A DNA stretch of 64,000 bases from a virus: the IMG/VR virus record IMGVR_UViG_3300027782_000036. The stretch is one strand, 5' to 3'. Under the pieces are notes generated by a model, which did no database searches, had not been told where the DNA came from, and saw nothing but the letters and a program-made list of their open reading frames with translations. This document shows, one piece after another, positions 17,025-25,965 of the stretch. How positions within the stretch are numbered: position 1 is the first letter of the stretch; every line of letters begins with the position of its first letter. A program made the translations under genes and the position numbers.

Positions 17025-17053
17025 TTGACATAGTATGCTTTTTATACTATAAT
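17025..17053 (+). promoter_or_regulatory. Consensus promoter TTGACA-17-TATAAT
   Basis: Perfect hexamers upstream of the membrane peptide and porin genes. Confidence 0.85.
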
Positions 17054-17084
17054 ATATTATGGAAACTTAACAAAGGAGAAATAT

Positions 17085-17213
17085 ATGTTAGGAACAATCG
17101 TTCTAGTTTTAGTGGGAGTGCTTATTGGTTGGAATACAACACAACCAGCAGTAGTAGCATCAACACTAGGTAAACTCACAACTAAAGTGAAATCATTAGT
17201 CAAAGGAAAATAA
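17085..17213 (+). CDS. 42-aa membrane peptide (MLGTIVLVLVGVLIGWNTTQP...)
   Basis: Hand-translated; AAGGAG RBS. Confidence 0.7.
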   Translation: MLGTIVLVLVGVLIGWNTTQPAVVASTLGKLTTKVKSLVKGK

Positions 17214-17771
17214 ATGAAATATTCAGCATTATTCTTAGCACTATTTGCAACATTATCACAAGCAGGCGAAACAAGGGGTTTTATTACTCTTGAAGGTGAA
17301 CGTGAAAACATCCACGGCACAGGTAATGATGTAGATAGTTTCAACCTAATCCCTGGTATCAAATCAGGTGACTTTACATATGACTTAAAAGTTCAAGCTC
17401 AAAGTAAAGATGACAACAAAACTTCTGCTAATATCGAACCACGTATTAAATACGATCATAAAATCGGTATGACAGACTTCACAGTTTGGGGTCGATTAGG
17501 CTTAGGTGAAAAAATCACTAGTGATGGTAACTTCGGTTACTACACAGTTGAACCTGGTATCTCATACAACGTAATCAAAGGTGGCAAGTTGTTTGTGTCT
17601 GACCGTTATAGAGATTCATTCTCTGATGGTAAAGGTTATACAACAAACACAGTATACGTTGGTGGTAGTTATGATGTTAATAGTTTCGATACTATATCAG
17701 CAAAATTCTATCGCAAATATCAAGATACAGAATCAAACGGTATTGAAGTAGCGTATACACGTTGGTTTTAA
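17214..17771 (+). CDS. Outer-membrane beta-barrel protein (small porin-like)
   Basis: Signal peptide ending SQA; amphipathic strands; C-terminal beta-signal VAYTRWF. Confidence 0.8.
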   Translation: MKYSALFLALFATLSQAGETRGFITLEGERENIHGTGNDVDSFNLIPGIKSGDFTYDLKVQAQSKDDNKTSANIEPRIKYDHKIGMTDFTVWGRLGLGEKITSDGNFGYYTVEPGISYNVIKGGKLFVSDRYRDSFSDGKGYTTNTVYVGGSYDVNSFDTISAKFYRKYQDTESNGIEVAYTRWF

Positions 17772-17794
17772 TAAATAAGTAATACACTATAAAT

Positions 17795-17883
17795 CTAGTG
17801 CGATCCGAGTATGATGTTGTATTACATCTGCTTAAAACGCATCGGTAGTCACTAGCAGATTGGAGGGTTCTGTAAAACCTCCA
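17795..17883 (+). ncRNA. Candidate structured leader or small RNA
   Basis: Nested stems CTAGTG/CACTAG, CGAT/ATCG and GATGT/ACATC, then TGGAGG/CCTCCA. Confidence 0.35.
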
Positions 17884-17915
17884 CTTTTACACACACAACA
17901 CAAAGGAGCAATACA

Positions 17916-18179
17916 ATGAGTAATCTTACTCCGTTCGAGATTCGCCTTGAACTTTTAAAAATGGCGAAAGACATGTTATCCGAAGAATATCAAGGAAAAC
18001 GTGAATCAGTATCCAATGAATGGCATTCACAAGTTGAGGTAGCAAAACTCAATGGCGGAATAGTTCCAAATCATCCAGGATTTCCACCTTATCCCACAGA
18101 ACAAGATGTAGTCAAAAAAGCTCAAGAACTTAATGGCTTTGTTTCAAACATCGACACAAAAGTAAGCAAAAAGTCTTAA
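17916..18179 (+). CDS. Conserved T4-like hypothetical protein
   Basis: TPFEIRLELLKMAKDML...KAQELNGFVS; AAGGAG RBS. Confidence 0.8.
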   Translation: MSNLTPFEIRLELLKMAKDMLSEEYQGKRESVSNEWHSQVEVAKLNGGIVPNHPGFPPYPTEQDVVKKAQELNGFVSNIDTKVSKKS

Positions 18180-18188
18180 TAAAAGATT

Positions 18189-18211
18189 AGGGGCATTTAT
18201 TTGCCCCTTTT
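18189..18211 (+). terminator. Rho-independent terminator
   Basis: AGGGGCA/TGCCCCT stem plus T run. Confidence 0.65.
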
Positions 18212-18229
18212 CCCAATAAAGGAGAACGT

Positions 18230-18772
18230 ATGCGAAGAATTAACTTCAGCAACATTATAATGGTTTCAATAACAATATTTACAATACTAGCGTTATTTAA
18301 TTTTAGTAATTTCACAGTAGAAGCACACGAAAGTAAACCAATTAAGGTTACTTACAAAAATTTATCACCGACAGCCAAGAAACAAGTTGAGTGCTTAGCA
18401 CAAAACATATATTACGAGGCAGGTTGGGAACCAAAAAAAGGCCAAATAGCGGTGGCTATGGTAACATTAAACCGTGTAGAAGATGGCCGTTTTGCTAATT
18501 CAATATGTGGTGTTGTTAAACAGAAAACACAAAATACATGTCAATTTACTTGGTTTTGTGAAGGTAAGGCCTTGACAAAGATGAACCATTCAGTGTATAA
18601 TGAAGTTAAAGATTTAGCTGCATATGTGTATGCTAATCAACAAAAGATTAATGATCCATCAAAAGGGGCTTTATTCTATCATGCTGATTATGTTAATCCT
18701 GGTTGGAGAAATATGGTTTACTTGACAAAGATTGGTCGCCATAAATTTTATAATCGTAAGGAGAATGTATAA
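18230..18772 (+). CDS. SleB-like cell-wall hydrolase (Hydrolase_2) with an N-terminal membrane anchor
   Basis: CLAQNIYYEA, AVAMVTLNRV, CQFTW, GALFYHADYVNPGW, IGRHKFY. Confidence 0.9.
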   Translation: MRRINFSNIIMVSITIFTILALFNFSNFTVEAHESKPIKVTYKNLSPTAKKQVECLAQNIYYEAGWEPKKGQIAVAMVTLNRVEDGRFANSICGVVKQKTQNTCQFTWFCEGKALTKMNHSVYNEVKDLAAYVYANQQKINDPSKGALFYHADYVNPGWRNMVYLTKIGRHKFYNRKENV

Positions 18773-19023
18773 TGAGATTAAATAGTAATATTATAACCAT
18801 TTTATGTTTATCAGGTCTTTTAGTTATGGTATTGTTCGCTTTCACAACATACAAAATGAGAGATAGAGAATTGATGTCCAAAAACATTAATGAAGCTATC
18901 ACTAAAGGTATCGATCCATTAACTGTAAGGTGTTCTTATGCTTCAGAAACAGATAACATATGTGTAGCATTTGCTAGCATACAACAAAAACAACAAGAGA
19001 TAACAAATGCCAACAAAAGATGA
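18772..19023 (+). CDS. Small membrane-anchored hypothetical protein
   Basis: N-terminal TM helix; GIDPLTVRCSY motif. Confidence 0.7.
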   Translation: MRLNSNIITILCLSGLLVMVLFAFTTYKMRDRELMSKNINEAITKGIDPLTVRCSYASETDNICVAFASIQQKQQEITNANKR

Positions 19024-19231
19024 AGTGAGAGATTTTTCGTTAATGATAGAAAAGAAGGCATTAGATTTACGTTGTAGTCATATTGATGCTATACTAGAAT
19101 ATTGTAAGGCCACGGGTTTAGAAGTAGAAGTCGCATCATCTATGATTTCAGCCAAACTCAAATCAACGATTCGTGATGAAGCACATAGTCAGAACATGCT
19201 TAAGAAAGAAGGAGCTAGGTTACCTATTTGA
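19007..19231 (+). CDS. gp33: Late transcription co-activator
   Basis: FSLMIE...IDAILEYC...LKSTIRDEA...ARLPI; 33-59-32 synteny. Confidence 0.85.
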   Translation: MPTKDEVRDFSLMIEKKALDLRCSHIDAILEYCKATGLEVEVASSMISAKLKSTIRDEAHSQNMLKKEGARLPI

Positions 19232-19234
19232 TGT

Positions 19235-19840
19235 ATGAGTGAAAATTCTGGTTATGCTGCCTTTTGTTTATATCATGGTTTACATCTACACTTCACAACA
19301 TCATACGATTACCAAAAATATAATGGTAAAGTGAATGTTGGTAAAGATGCTTTCCTTAATCGTAGGGACAAATATGTCCACTATGCGATGTCTAGGAAGT
19401 ATTCTTTGGAAGAGTTAAAAAGCTATTATATAGCCAACCTATTCGTTAAACCTAACTCTTGGATAGGCGATCTTAATACATCTGAAGCAGAAGATGTCTA
19501 TAAAAAGTGGCAAAAAACGAACCAGAGCTTGACATATCGCTTGGAACAAGATATAATGTATCTGTTCAATAAGGTTAAATCCCCGAACGATATACTTCTG
19601 GTAAAAGACGGTCAAGAACCGATTCTATTAAAAGAGGTTTATTATGGAAACGTGGCATCTGAAACTTTGATCTTATTGAACACCCTATTGAATTTTTATC
19701 CTATGTGGCAGAAACAAATTAGTGACGATGTGGTATTTCCAGAGTTTCTCAATAGATGTAAGAAGTATGAACCATTTATTGTATATGATGGTAATAAATT
19801 TAAAAGTATGGTTACTAATATAGTGAAGTCACATAAATAA
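19235..19840 (+). CDS. gp59: Helicase loader
   Basis: Y.GL.LHFT.SYDY.KYNGK...F..RRDKY; synteny. Confidence 0.9.
   Translation: MSENSGYAAFCLYHGLHLHFTTSYDYQKYNGKVNVGKDAFLNRRDKYVHYAMSRKYSLEELKSYYIANLFVKPNSWIGDLNTSEAEDVYKKWQKTNQSLTYRLEQDIMYLFNKVKSPNDILLVKDGQEPILLKEVYYGNVASETLILLNTLLNFYPMWQKQISDDVVFPEFLNRCKKYEPFIVYDGNKFKSMVTNIVKSHK
19529..19557 (+). promoter_or_regulatory. Consensus promoter TTGACA-17-TATAAT inside gene 59
   Basis: Perfect hexamers ~380 bp upstream of gene 32. Confidence 0.7.
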
Positions 19841-19937
19841 AATATGAGCAGTAAATTTATAATGGCAACACCGTAGATTTTGTTATGTATAACGTGGACA
19901 AAAAAACTAAAACTAAATGTAGAAGGAGTAGAGCAGT

Positions 19938-20819
19938 ATGAGTAATTTTGCAAATCTAAAAAGTTCGTCTAATCTAGACAAACTCACCAAAGCAATCGAG
20001 CAGTTAAATTCCAACCAAGGCAGTCAAGATTCTAGTGATGATAATTACTGGCGTCCAGAAGTAGATAAAGCAGGTAATGGTTATGCCGTTATCCGTTTCC
20101 TACCAGCACCAGCAGTAGATGGTGATGATGGTTTACCTTGGACTAAAATTTACACACATGGTTTTCAAGGACCAGGCGGTTGGTATATTGAGAATTCTTT
20201 AACAAGTGTTAATAACGGAAAAGATCCAGTGTCAGAATACAATTCTGAATTATGGAATTCTGGTATTGAGGCTAACAAAGAAATTGCTCGTAAACAAAAA
20301 CGCCGTTTAACATATGTCTCTAATGTATTGATCGTTGAAGATCCAAAACATCCTGAGAACAATGGCCAAGTTAAGTTATATAAATTTGGTAAGAAAATCT
20401 TTGATAAAATCACAGATGCTATGAACCCACCACCAGAGTTTGGTGAAACACCAGTTAATCCATTTGATTTATGGAAAGGTGCTAACTTCAAACTTAAAAT
20501 CCGTAAAGTTGAAGGCTTTCAAAACTATGACAAATCAGAGTTTGATGCTCCTTCAGCACTATATGATGGTGATGATGCTAAACTTGAAGCAATTTGGAAA
20601 TCAGAATATTCATTAAAAGAAATTCTTGATCCTAAAAACTTCAAATCTTATGATGAATTAAAAGTTCGTTTAACAAGAGTATTAGGTGCGCCAGCGACAA
20701 CTGCTAAATCAGCAACCATTGAAACTGCTACACCATCTGTAAATGAACCATCCATTGAACCATCTTTAGATGAAGATGAAGATATGGCTTTGTTTAATTC
20801 ATTAGCTGAAGAAATCTAA
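19938..20819 (+). CDS. gp32: Single-stranded DNA-binding protein
   Basis: DKAGNGYAVIRFLP, HGFQGPGGWYIENS, GANFKLKIRKV, acidic tail. Confidence 0.97.
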   Translation: MSNFANLKSSSNLDKLTKAIEQLNSNQGSQDSSDDNYWRPEVDKAGNGYAVIRFLPAPAVDGDDGLPWTKIYTHGFQGPGGWYIENSLTSVNNGKDPVSEYNSELWNSGIEANKEIARKQKRRLTYVSNVLIVEDPKHPENNGQVKLYKFGKKIFDKITDAMNPPPEFGETPVNPFDLWKGANFKLKIRKVEGFQNYDKSEFDAPSALYDGDDAKLEAIWKSEYSLKEILDPKNFKSYDELKVRLTRVLGAPATTAKSATIETATPSVNEPSIEPSLDEDEDMALFNSLAEEI

Positions 20820-20829
20820 GGAAAATAAA

Positions 20830-21036
20830 ATGGAAATTAAATTAAACTTAACAATTGAAGAAGTAAATGCTGTAATTTCAACTATGGCAATGTTACCATT
20901 CAATCAAGTTCATGGTATTGTAAATAAAATCCGTGAACAAGCAATTCCTCAAGTTCAAGCTGCTGAAGCTGCTGCGAAAGCAGAAGCGGAAGCTGCAAAT
21001 GAACCTGCTGATTCAGAAGGCGGCGATGCTGCTTAA
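20830..21036 (+). CDS. Small hypothetical protein
   Basis: AAGGA RBS; L.LTIEEVN...LPF.QV..I..I..QA.PQ motif. Confidence 0.75.
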   Translation: MEIKLNLTIEEVNAVISTMAMLPFNQVHGIVNKIREQAIPQVQAAEAAAKAEAEAANEPADSEGGDAA

Positions 21037-21048
21037 GAAGTAATAGGC

Positions 21049-21082
21049 AAAAAGAAACCCGCTTCGGCGGGTTTTTTCTTTT
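21049..21082. terminator. Bidirectional terminator with a C(UUCG)G tetraloop
   Basis: AAACCCGC-TTCG-GCGGGTTT with A and T tracts, between convergent genes. Confidence 0.92.
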
Positions 21083-23069
21083 ATACCGGTCTTACTTTTC
21101 CGTATTGAACTCTCATCAGTATAGGTTCTTCATTTCTTATACTTGTGCCACCATTACTACCACCTCCACCGCCGCCTCCACCGCCCATAATATTAGTAGT
21201 TGATTTATTGATTGTAGGTGAACCTTGACTCATAGTAGCAGAAGGACCAACCAAACTTTGATTTTCAGAAACGGCTGCATTCACTCTTGCTGTCGATGGT
21301 GTTTGTGCACCACCAGATGGACTTGCAGAAGGTGAATTTGATGGACTAGAAGATGATGATCCTGTTGGTGAAACTCCTGGTGATCCTGTAGAACTTACTG
21401 ATGGTGTTGCTGATGGAACAGGAGAGGCTGTATCTTTTTTAACTTCTGATGCAGAACCTTTTTTATCTTCGACAAAAAAGTCATACATTTTTCCTGCTAA
21501 CCATCCACCAATTTTATCACCACCTAACAAAGCAGCGGCTGCACCACCAAGACCCCCAATAACTGTACCAACACCTGGAACTACTGAGCCGATTGCACCA
21601 CCTAATACAGGTAATAAACCTGCAGCTGCGGCCGAACCAATTGATTTTGTAATTTCTTTTTTATAATCAGCATCTGATATTTCACCTGCTTCTTTTTTTT
21701 CATTTACTTCTTTAATTCTCATTACAAGGTCAGCACCAGCAGTAATCAAACTTAATCCTGGAATTGATTTTAAAAATCCTAATAGTTTACCACCACCTTT
21801 TAATAATTTAGAAGCACCACTTGCAACTTTTGTTGCCATCTTTCCACCTTTAGCTAATGCTGATCCTGTTTTTTCAGCAGCTTCAGCTACTTTACTTGCC
21901 GTTCCGGCTTTAACTGCACCAAGTCCAGATTTAACAGCTCCACCAGCACTTGATGCTACTGAACTTATAGATTTAATTGCTTTACCACCAAAACCCATAG
22001 CAGATTTAACACCGCCTTTGATAAATGATCCTGCTTTACCTGCAAGTTTTGCGCCACCTTTTACAATACTTTTACCAGCAGAGACAACACCACCAACCAT
22101 TTTAGAACCAATATTACCAAGTGCCTTTAGTCCTAACATAGATGATAGTCCACCCATTAACATTCCAGGTAAACCTTTCATCATACTGAATAAACCACCA
22201 AGCATATCAAAAAGGCCAGATTTTTTCTCTTCTTTTTCTTTACCTTTTGGACCCTTGCCTTTTAAAATGGCATTGATAAGTTCTTTGTGTCTTCGTTCAT
22301 CTTCAGATTTTTTTTCTTCTTCAAAACTTTTATTAATTTCACGTAATTTAGTATCTTCTTCAAATTTATCAGATATTAATTTATAAATTTGTTTTAATGT
22401 ACCAGCACCGCCTTTGATTGTTTCGCCTTTACTTGAAACTTTTTTGGCTGTTTGTGTTTTCTCTGATCGATCACTTCTATTAGATACCGATTCAGTATAT
22501 GGTTTTTCCATATCCGAAGGATCAGCTGTAGGACGAACACCAGTAAAATATGATATGTCGGCATTTTTACGACCAAATTTTTTACCATAAGCAGTTGCGG
22601 CCAATGGTGAAATTTTCGATAACATATTCATAGGATCAAATTTCTTTTTGAAATTTGTAGCTTTAGCGGCTATTTTATCTTTAAAGGCTTCTTTAATAGA
22701 AGATCCTAAACCTTTACCAGACATCATTTTTTCTGATGCAAGATACCCTAAACCTTTACTCGATGTTACATCAGCAATTTCATATTTTGAAGCTTCATCA
22801 TCTCCACCACCACCATATGCAGATGTTGAAGTTCTATATCTTCTTCTTGTTGGTTTTCCAGATTTGGATGGTGTAAAATAATATTTGTTTTTAGATACAT
22901 TTGTAGGAGGTAGTTCAGTCGATTTTGGTTTACCCAATTTAGCACCAAGAGCTTTAGTAGCAGCGAGACCTAAATTGCCATCTTTACCTAGCTCAAACCA
23001 CCAGCCCTTACCATTTAAGGCATTTGGGCTCCAAGCATAGGTGATTCTACCAACGTTCTTTGTTATCAT
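21081..23069 (-). CDS. Putative tape-measure / hub protein (gp29-like position)
   Basis: 662 aa, G/K/A/S-rich, glycine zipper GGAIGSVVPGVGTVIGGLGG; downstream of gp26/gp51. Confidence 0.6.
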   Translation of the reverse strand: MITKNVGRITYAWSPNALNGKGWWFELGKDGNLGLAATKALGAKLGKPKSTELPPTNVSKNKYYFTPSKSGKPTRRRYRTSTSAYGGGGDDEASKYEIADVTSSKGLGYLASEKMMSGKGLGSSIKEAFKDKIAAKATNFKKKFDPMNMLSKISPLAATAYGKKFGRKNADISYFTGVRPTADPSDMEKPYTESVSNRSDRSEKTQTAKKVSSKGETIKGGAGTLKQIYKLISDKFEEDTKLREINKSFEEEKKSEDERRHKELINAILKGKGPKGKEKEEKKSGLFDMLGGLFSMMKGLPGMLMGGLSSMLGLKALGNIGSKMVGGVVSAGKSIVKGGAKLAGKAGSFIKGGVKSAMGFGGKAIKSISSVASSAGGAVKSGLGAVKAGTASKVAEAAEKTGSALAKGGKMATKVASGASKLLKGGGKLLGFLKSIPGLSLITAGADLVMRIKEVNEKKEAGEISDADYKKEITKSIGSAAAAGLLPVLGGAIGSVVPGVGTVIGGLGGAAAALLGGDKIGGWLAGKMYDFFVEDKKGSASEVKKDTASPVPSATPSVSSTGSPGVSPTGSSSSSPSNSPSASPSGGAQTPSTARVNAAVSENQSLVGPSATMSQGSPTINKSTTNIMGGGGGGGGGSNGGTSIRNEEPILMRVQYGKVRPV

Positions 23070-23266
23070 TACCTTTTTCTTTCAGCGTTCTGTTGTTTAA
23101 TCTTTTCATTTTCAGCTTCAATGTATTGAATTAACATTGAAACATAAATGTCTCTTTCCCACGGAATCATATTCTCAAGTTCCGCTAGGTTATACTTATG
23201 ATGTTGCATCAAAGAGAAATTAGTCCGATAATAATTTCCCAAATTATCATGACGAAAGGTTAGGAA
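23069..23266 (-). CDS. gp51: Baseplate hub assembly protein gp51-like; probably expressed by -1 frameshift from gene 26 (first ATG at 23209)
   Basis: Hand translation HDNLGNYYRTNFSLMQHHKYNLAELENMIPWERDIYV; absent from the ORF track. Confidence 0.8.
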   Translation of the reverse strand, partial: FLTFRHDNLGNYYRTNFSLMQHHKYNLAELENMIPWERDIYVSMLIQYIEAENEKIKQQNAERKR

Positions 23267-23982
23267 AAAAAATCATCAAGTCCTTGGACATTGATGTTAT
23301 GGTTAAATCCACATTTAGTGCAAATAAAATTAATTTTCTTTTCCAATTTAGGCATATTATCAATAAAAGATTCTAACTTATCAAATTGATCTTTTGTCAA
23401 AGTTTCTAAAAATGTCATCAATTCATCTTTTGGTGTTTCGTGTGCATAATATAAGTTATCACCATCATACACATAATCAATACAATCGATTACCAACTCA
23501 AATCCAATATCTGTAATTGTTTCAACTTCTTCTAATTTTTTAATTAGAGAAAAATCTGGATACTTCATTTTAATACCAATTGTTTCCGTTAATGGTATTA
23601 AATCATTTTTTTCTTCTGGAAAATTTACTTTACTATCTAAAATATTAAATGAAACATCATTAATATGACCACAAGTTTCTCCATTAACAACATTTTCACA
23701 TTTATATTTTGTTTCTATTACTTCACCTACTGACCTTGCTCTTAAATTTAAGAAATAATATTCAATGTCAATCAATGGTAAATTTTCAATATCTAAAGAA
23801 TCTAATGAACAGTTTTGTAATACTTGGCGAATATTATTTTCAATAACTTCTTTTTCACCAGATTCCATAGCCATTAAAAGAATCTTTTGTTCTTTGACCA
23901 AAAATGGTCTAAATTTTATTTTTTTGTTTGATGCCGGCAACAAGACCTCATAGGTTGGGGCATCAATTTTAGGCAAAGCCAT
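23260..23982 (-). CDS. gp26: Baseplate hub assembly chaperone
   Basis: MALPKI..PTY...FRPFLVKEQKILLMA, LRARSVGE, C..CG, GL.DFF. Confidence 0.88.
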   Translation of the reverse strand: MALPKIDAPTYEVLLPASNKKIKFRPFLVKEQKILLMAMESGEKEVIENNIRQVLQNCSLDSLDIENLPLIDIEYYFLNLRARSVGEVIETKYKCENVVNGETCGHINDVSFNILDSKVNFPEEKNDLIPLTETIGIKMKYPDFSLIKKLEEVETITDIGFELVIDCIDYVYDGDNLYYAHETPKDELMTFLETLTKDQFDKLESFIDNMPKLEKKINFICTKCGFNHNINVQGLDDFFS

Positions 23983-24004
23983 AATTAACTCCTTTTCAAA
24001 TCAT

Positions 24005-24835
24005 TTATAATGTAAATTTATTAGAAGTAGACGTTAATCCACCTATAGTAAATTTGTTAGCATTCACAGTAGAAGCATTTTGATCCATTTTTGAATCAAG
24101 AACACCTCTACCAGACGAATTTAATAAAGATGAAACAGTTTTTGTTCCACCAATACTTGGTATTACAGAACTAGCTGCACCAGCTACACTCAATAAAGCA
24201 TAAGGATTACCATTTGTTAATGCTTTACCTGAACTTACAGCAAGAGCTCCAATTTGTAAAGCAGCCGCCAAATTAAATGGACTATTGAGTGCTGTTGCTG
24301 AAACATGTTTAACTTCAGCTGTTGCTTGAGTTTCCCAATAAGTATATGCAAACACCACACTCAATTTGTGATATGGTGCATCACTTGACCAATCTAAATC
24401 TAATTGATTTACTGCAATTGGAAAAGCATCTATTAAATTAATTTTATGAACTTCATTATTAGAATTATCAAATTGAACAATTGTAATTGTAGAAACATAA
24501 TTTGCTTTGTATTCAAAATTCCAACTAGTTTGTGGATTTATTTTCTCCATCCATGCATCAAAAACTGCTTTTTCAATCATATTATCATCACATATAAAAG
24601 TTAATGTAATGTCTTCATATGTTGATTGATATGGATATTTTTCTGTTGGTCCATAAATTCTTAAATCAGATGTTGCTAGTGTTCTACCTGGTATTACAGC
24701 ATTTTCACATCTAAGTGCTAAGGTTCTTGTGTCGATGGTTGAACCAAGTGAAGCAGGTAAATTAATTATTACATGAAACCTTGATGGTTTAGCTAATTCA
24801 CCCGTAAAACTTGAACGAAAGTCTTGGATATTCAT
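24005..24835 (-). CDS. gp54: Baseplate tail-tube initiator (gp19/gp54 fold) with a ~100-aa C-terminal extension
   Basis: CENAVIPGR, Y.DITLTF, F.AWME.I, L.DAFP..VN...L.W, V.FAY.YW. Confidence 0.8.
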   Translation of the reverse strand: MNIQDFRSSFTGELAKPSRFHVIINLPASLGSTIDTRTLALRCENAVIPGRTLATSDLRIYGPTEKYPYQSTYEDITLTFICDDNMIEKAVFDAWMEKINPQTSWNFEYKANYVSTITIVQFDNSNNEVHKINLIDAFPIAVNQLDLDWSSDAPYHKLSVVFAYTYWETQATAEVKHVSATALNSPFNLAAALQIGALAVSSGKALTNGNPYALLSVAGAASSVIPSIGGTKTVSSLLNSSGRGVLDSKMDQNASTVNANKFTIGGLTSTSNKFTL

Positions 24836-24838
24836 ATG

Positions 24839-25480
24839 CTATTCTCTTTTTTCTCCAACCACAGAAGTCTGTGAAGTATGTCCTCTAATTTCTTGTATTG
24901 AATCTTGCCAAACTTCATTAACTTTAGCTTTTTGAAATTGTTGAGCAGGTAAAAATACAGCTGTTTCCCATTCACTAGCTTCAACTTTTAACATCTTACT
25001 TGCTATGTTTTTATACAAATATCGTTTAATACAAGGTCTAAATTCTTTGTATCGTTTTGATGCTGATACTATATCATAAGTTATTCTTAATCGTTTAATT
25101 TCATCATTGTCATCATAGATAGCAAAATTCATCAACTTATCCATAAATCCAGCACGAATTCTTGGTGGTAAGTAATGTAAATTCATTCCCAAGAAACCAT
25201 CATTATATCGTTCTAATGGTAATACTAATGGAAATGCGTCCCAATATGGTAATCTGTCATCATATTTGGCACTATAATAAAAGAAATACAATCCACCAAT
25301 CAAAAATCGATTACTATTTCTACTTGTTTCTTTTCTTATCTGATTAGCTAAAGCAATTGGATTTTTAAGATTATTGATTTTACTCGTAAACCACTTGAGT
25401 GATTTCATTGAGTATCGTTCTAATTCTAATCCATTCTTTTCAGAGGCTAATTTTGTTAATTTTGATGTCGTTGTCATCAT
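24839..25480 (-). CDS. gp2: DNA end protector protein
   Basis: LPYWDAFPLV, GFLGMNLHYLP, PCIKRYL, W..AVFLP..QF.K. Confidence 0.92.
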   Translation of the reverse strand: MMTTTSKLTKLASEKNGLELERYSMKSLKWFTSKINNLKNPIALANQIRKETSRNSNRFLIGGLYFFYYSAKYDDRLPYWDAFPLVLPLERYNDGFLGMNLHYLPPRIRAGFMDKLMNFAIYDDNDEIKRLRITYDIVSASKRYKEFRPCIKRYLYKNIASKMLKVEASEWETAVFLPAQQFQKAKVNEVWQDSIQEIRGHTSQTSVVGEKRE

Positions 25481-25481
25481 C

Positions 25482-25489
25482 TATTTATG
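25482..25489 (-). promoter_or_regulatory. T4-type late promoter variant CATAAATA
   Basis: One mismatch to TATAAATA; immediately upstream of gene 2. Confidence 0.55.
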
Positions 25490-25924
25490 TCAAAAATTAA
25501 GATGGTCTTCAGTTAATACCTTGAATTCCCAACCTCTATCTTTACAGTATTCAGTTGCGGCTTTCCATTTGGCTTGATTAATTGCATAAGTAACTACTTC
25601 ATTAATGTATTGTTTGGTGATTCTTGATTTGATTTCTGGTTCTGTGGCCTGTTTCTTAGGTTTAATCTCTAAAAGATATGAATTTAATTTACCATCTTTA
25701 CCTCGTATTTGAGCATAGAAATCAACAAAATATCTATGAAAACGACCATCAGCTGGTGATTTGTATGGAACTACAACCTCTTCTGACGACCAAGAGACTA
25801 CTTGTGAGTGTTTATCTAACCACAACATCACTCTTTTTTCCCACGATGAACGGTAGATGATATTAGTTGGATCACCTTTGTATTTTTGTGGGTTAATTGG
25901 TGTAAACTTGCCTTTATGCTTCAT
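25490..25924 (-). CDS. gp4: Head completion nuclease
   Basis: P.NP.KYKGDPTNIIYRSSWE, W.SEE, HRYFVDF, EIKP, NQAKW.AA. Confidence 0.95.
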   Translation of the reverse strand: MKHKGKFTPINPQKYKGDPTNIIYRSSWEKRVMLWLDKHSQVVSWSSEEVVVPYKSPADGRFHRYFVDFYAQIRGKDGKLNSYLLEIKPKKQATEPEIKSRITKQYINEVVTYAINQAKWKAATEYCKDRGWEFKVLTEDHLNF

Positions 25925-25929
25925 AAATA
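25922..25929 (+). promoter_or_regulatory. T4-type late promoter variant CATAAATA
   Basis: Upstream of gene 48; same motif at 30884-30891 before gene 25. Confidence 0.6.
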
Positions 25930-25965
25930 GTATGTATGTTGATTCTTAATCAAAGGTAAAATTGT

